DNA from: Octopus bimaculoides
Lineage: Eukaryota
Assembly: GCF_001194135.2 (NCBI RefSeq)
Contig: NC_068981.1
Location: forward strand, 184,645,680 to 184,692,954
Direction of reading: 5' to 3'
Length of the DNA: 47,275 nt
A program made the position numbers and the translations under genes. Below the pieces are notes generated by a model, which worked only from the letters and a program-made list of their open reading frames with translations, did no database searches and was not told the DNA's origin. This document shows, piece after piece, positions 43,249-47,275 of this stretch; the first letter of the stretch is position 1; the number at the start of each line of letters is the position of its first letter.

Positions 43249-45170
43249 NNNNNNNNNNGAGGGGGGACGAAAATTCTTCTTCATGAATTTCAGAATAAGA
43301 AATGTCTGCTTTATGAAAAATAGCAATTGGAATTTTAATATCCACAGTAAGACAGACTTCTTTCTTTGGAGGCCATTATATCACAAGACAAAATGTTAAA
43401 GCCATTTACGCATAGAAATTCCTCAATATATTAATATATTAGACTCAGCTATGAGGCGGCAGGCTGGCAGAAGATTTACCGCGCCGGATTAAATGCTTAG
43501 CATTTCTCCTGCTTTTACGTTCCGTGCTCAAATTTCACCGTGGTCGACTTTGTCTTTCATCCTATCGGGGTCGATAAAATAAATAACAGTTGAATACTGG
43601 GATCGATGTAATCAACTTAGCCCCGCCGCCGAGCTTGCTGACCTTGCGTTAAAATTTGAAAGCAATTTGTTAGACCCAGCTATCTTAGAATGCAAGCACA
43701 TTAATTATGTTCAAAATTGAACTGCATTCCTCTGTGGCGTTAAACCCTAATAAAAATGTCAAGGCCACTACTATGACAGGAACCTAATATAGTGATGCAC
43801 AAATGAACTGTCACAGCTTTTGATCAGAAAGATAAACAACTGAAATAAATGTGTTCTTCAGAATGTTATTAACTAGAAAACTGACATACTCTGCATGACT
43901 ATGATTACAACTTTGCGAACCGAACTCTCAACTTTTTTCTATAATTACACAAATATAATTATCCATTTACGTTAAAGTTTGAAAATTGTACCCCTGAGGT
44001 TCATGAAATTAAAATATGTATTCAACTGGGGTATTAATGAATCGATAAAATATATAGGTTAATCATGACATTATTTGTTTGTATTTCAATATTGTTCTTT
44101 TATATTTCAAAATGAAAGATAAATTGTTAGAAGAAAAATATGTTTCATTTTATTTTATAAAAGTAAAAGGAGTGAATAATTAAACCGGATGTAAAAACCA
44201 AAGCTATCTTAATCTCGATATCAATCAGTTTTATTTACACGCGCAGTTATCCGCAGCCATCTTAGAATAAATAGGAAAGGAATGTAAGTAGAAGATGGAA
44301 GTATACATACATACATATATATCTCTACATATATGCATGCATATATGTATGTATGCATGTATGTAAACACACACACGCACATCTATCTAGAGATACATCT
44401 ACTTATGAATAGATATATGTGTATTATATTGCTCGAAATGTGAAGTAGATAAACAGCCGACAACTGATGAAGGGTCGTTCTTTATGTTACTTGTCTTGTT
44501 TTCCATTTGTTTCTCTCGTTGTTCGCAAAAAAGTTTATCTTCGTATTTCATGTTGTTTTTCGTATTTCGGTTTTCATGTTTACGTTTTGTGACGTCCTGT
44601 ACCCATGTATGCATNNNNNNNNNNNNNNNNNNNNNNNNNNNNNNNNNNNNNNNNNNNNNNNNNNNNNNNNNNNNNNNNNNNNNNNNNNNNNNNNNNNNNN
44701 NNNNNNNNNNNNNNNNNNNNNNNNNNNNNNNNNNNNNNNNNNNNNNNNNNNNNNNNNNNNNNNNNNNNNNNNNNNNNNNNNNNNNNNNNNNNNNNNNNNN
44801 NNNNNNNNNNNNNNNNNNNNNNNNNNNNNNNNNNNNNNNNNNNNNNNNNNNNNNNNNNNNNNNNNNNNNNNNNNNNNNNNNNNNNNNNNNNNNNNNNNNN
44901 NNNNNNNNNNNNNNNNNNNNNNNNNNNNNNNNNNNNNNNNNNNNNNNNNNNNNNNNNNNNNNNNNNNNNNNNNNNNNNNNNNNNNNNNNNNNNNNNNNNN
45001 NNNNNNNNNNNNNNNNNNNNATATATACGTATGTTTATGCATTTATGCATATATACATACATACATATACATATACATACACACATGCATTAATTCACAC
45101 ACACACAAACACATATGCATAACTCTCTATATATATGTGAACTATACTAACGTATAAAGAGATAGATAAC

Positions 45171-45238
<68 letters not shown>

Positions 45239-45577
45239 AGACGAGTAACAACCCCCTCCCCGCACTTTTCCATGTAAATCTTGACCTTGTTTTCTGTGAA
45301 CAATAAATAATAAATAGCCTCTCCTATCTACATTTATTGATGGCAAGAATTTCAGTATCATGCATTTATTTATTCAATGTATCGACATTAATCAGACAAC
45401 ATACTCCACTTGAGACAGCGAGCATATATTGTAGGTATATATTTATGTATATATGTTTGTATGCATGTATAATGTACAAGTTTGTATGTATGTATGTATG
45501 TATGTATGTATGTATCTATGTATGTGTTTCTATGTATGTATCTATGTATGTACATTTGCATAAGTTTGTGTGTGTGC

Positions 45578-45617
<40 letters not shown>

Positions 45618-45758
45618 GCGTGAGTTATATTAGAAACAGAATGTAATTCTAATTTTGATTTATTACAAGATTAACTTTGTGACACAAAGCTGTTTAACCC
45701 ACTGACTTGAGTAAGACTCTTGGAACACACGCATACACACGCACGCACGCGAGCTCAT

Positions 45759-45814
<56 letters not shown>

Positions 45815-47023
45815 CTAGATCGACTGTTCTTCATCCCTTAAATGTTTGATAAAATTTGTACCAGTAATAACCTAGTCTTAATTAGATGAATTATACCTTT
45901 CACCCACGCAAAGTGGCTTTGTATCTAGTCTTAAGACTCATCTTAAGACTCATCTTAGTATCTGTCAATGGTCCAGCCTTGTCACAATCGGTGTGTCACA
46001 CAGAATCTCCCTGACAACTACGTCCACGGTAGGCGTGTCTGTGGAGTGCTCAAAATTAGAATTACATACATTCTGTTTCTAATATAACTCACGCACATGC
46101 ACACACACAAACATATGCAAATGTACATACGTATATACAAACATAAATACATACATACAAACACATACATAAAAATAAACACATACATACAAATAAACAA
46201 AATAAAGAGTTAATTAGATTAAGTTTTATTCGTGAGATACAGTTGTTTTGAATTTACTGCAGAAAATGGTTTAAGTCTGTGATGGTGAGTGGTGGTAGCG
46301 GTGGTGGGGTGGGGGCACTAGGAATGTGGTCTAAGAACCAAGGGGGCGGCAGCCTGAGAAAGTTTGGGAATCACTGGCGTAAAGGTAGGGGCTGTTAATG
46401 AGAAACAACAGCGCTCAGATATTCACATTCAAATCCACCAGAATGTATTAAGGATGAATAGATACGTTATTGTTCCGATTCTCGCTGTTCTGTGTCCACT
46501 CCATGAATTATAATCTGTTTGGAAGACATCAGCACGCATCACAAAATAATTTCTTTGTTGATTCCTATAGTTCGGGGTGGCTTTGACTGACGAGACATAC
46601 AAAGAGGTCGAAAAACCTCGGTGTCTCAAAGTCCACTTACACTGATGAACAATGTGTGCTTATGAAGACACATATTCTAAAAGGAGGAGGAGTTCTCCGA
46701 TGATGAGTTATTCACGTTCGAATTTGCCAAGACGTATAAAGAATGAATAGATCCATAATAGTTTGGATTCTCGCTGTTCTAAGATACCTTATCAAATTTT
46801 GTGTCATGTTATCGAGAAGAAAGACTATAATGTGTTATAGAAAAAGGAGGTTGGTGGGTTTGCCTTGTGAGTCAGATAGGGGTCAAAATTACAGAGTACG
46901 GGAAGGTTGTATACAATCATTAGTGCCGAGCCGTGTGTGTGAGTAACTTCATAGAAAAGTTTGTCACAGATGGAACGCTTTTGATCATAGATCTGTTCGT
47001 TTAGGATAGGCCTGAGACTAAAT

Positions 47024-47193
47024 TACTACTACTACTACTACTACTGCTGCTGCTGTTGCTAGTGCTGAAATGGTGCTGGTGCTGCTGGTGCTGCTGGTGC
47101 TGCTGGTGCTGCTGGTGCAACTGCCACCACCGCCACCACCACCACAACCACCACCACCACTACTACTACTGTTACTATTACTACTACTACTAT

Positions 47194-47228
<35 letters not shown>

Positions 47229-47275
47229 ATAATAATGATAATAACAATAATAATAATAATGATAATAATAATAAT
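47024..47275. repeat. Compound trinucleotide array: (ACT)n, (GCT)n, (GCTGGTGCT)n, (ACC)n, (ACT)n, (AAT)n
   Basis: Directly visible; runs to the window end. Confidence 0.95.

Noticed and set aside
47059-47247. Poly-Val / APA ORF at the window end
   Set aside because: Translation of a compound trinucleotide microsatellite.

Overview
Eukaryotic, AT-rich, gapped draft-assembly DNA with dense microsatellites. The repeat repertoire suggests an octopus-like cephalopod; this is my inference from recalled SINE families, not a database result. The left part (1-19 kb) holds one long intronless orphan ORF (3612-5012, 466 aa), decayed mariner and non-LTR retrotransposon fragments, three tRNA-derived SINE families and small foldback elements. 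From 19.8 to 42.6 kb there is an array of 19 tRNA-His(GUG)-derived loci: 5 identical intact genes, 2 near-intact variants and 12 pseudogenes or relics, one probably an assembly duplicate. Many spacers are antisense fragments of a decayed Tc1-type (DD34E-like) transposase, and the tRNA cassette sits inside the catalytic domain between duplicated D2-region segments. Every locus has a recognisable 17-nt upstream motif (TTCTAGATATA[C/G]ATAAT). In 18 of 19 loci it lies exactly 30 nt from the tRNA, although the 30-nt spacer sequence varies widely. Also present: a head-to-head tRNA pair with a palindromic spacer, a 5S rRNA pseudogene fused to a SINE-type tail, a 554-bp near-perfect hairpin, and a candidate minus-strand exon with by-eye resemblance to the FACT SPT16 middle domain. 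All family assignments are by-eye motif recognition; no searches were run.
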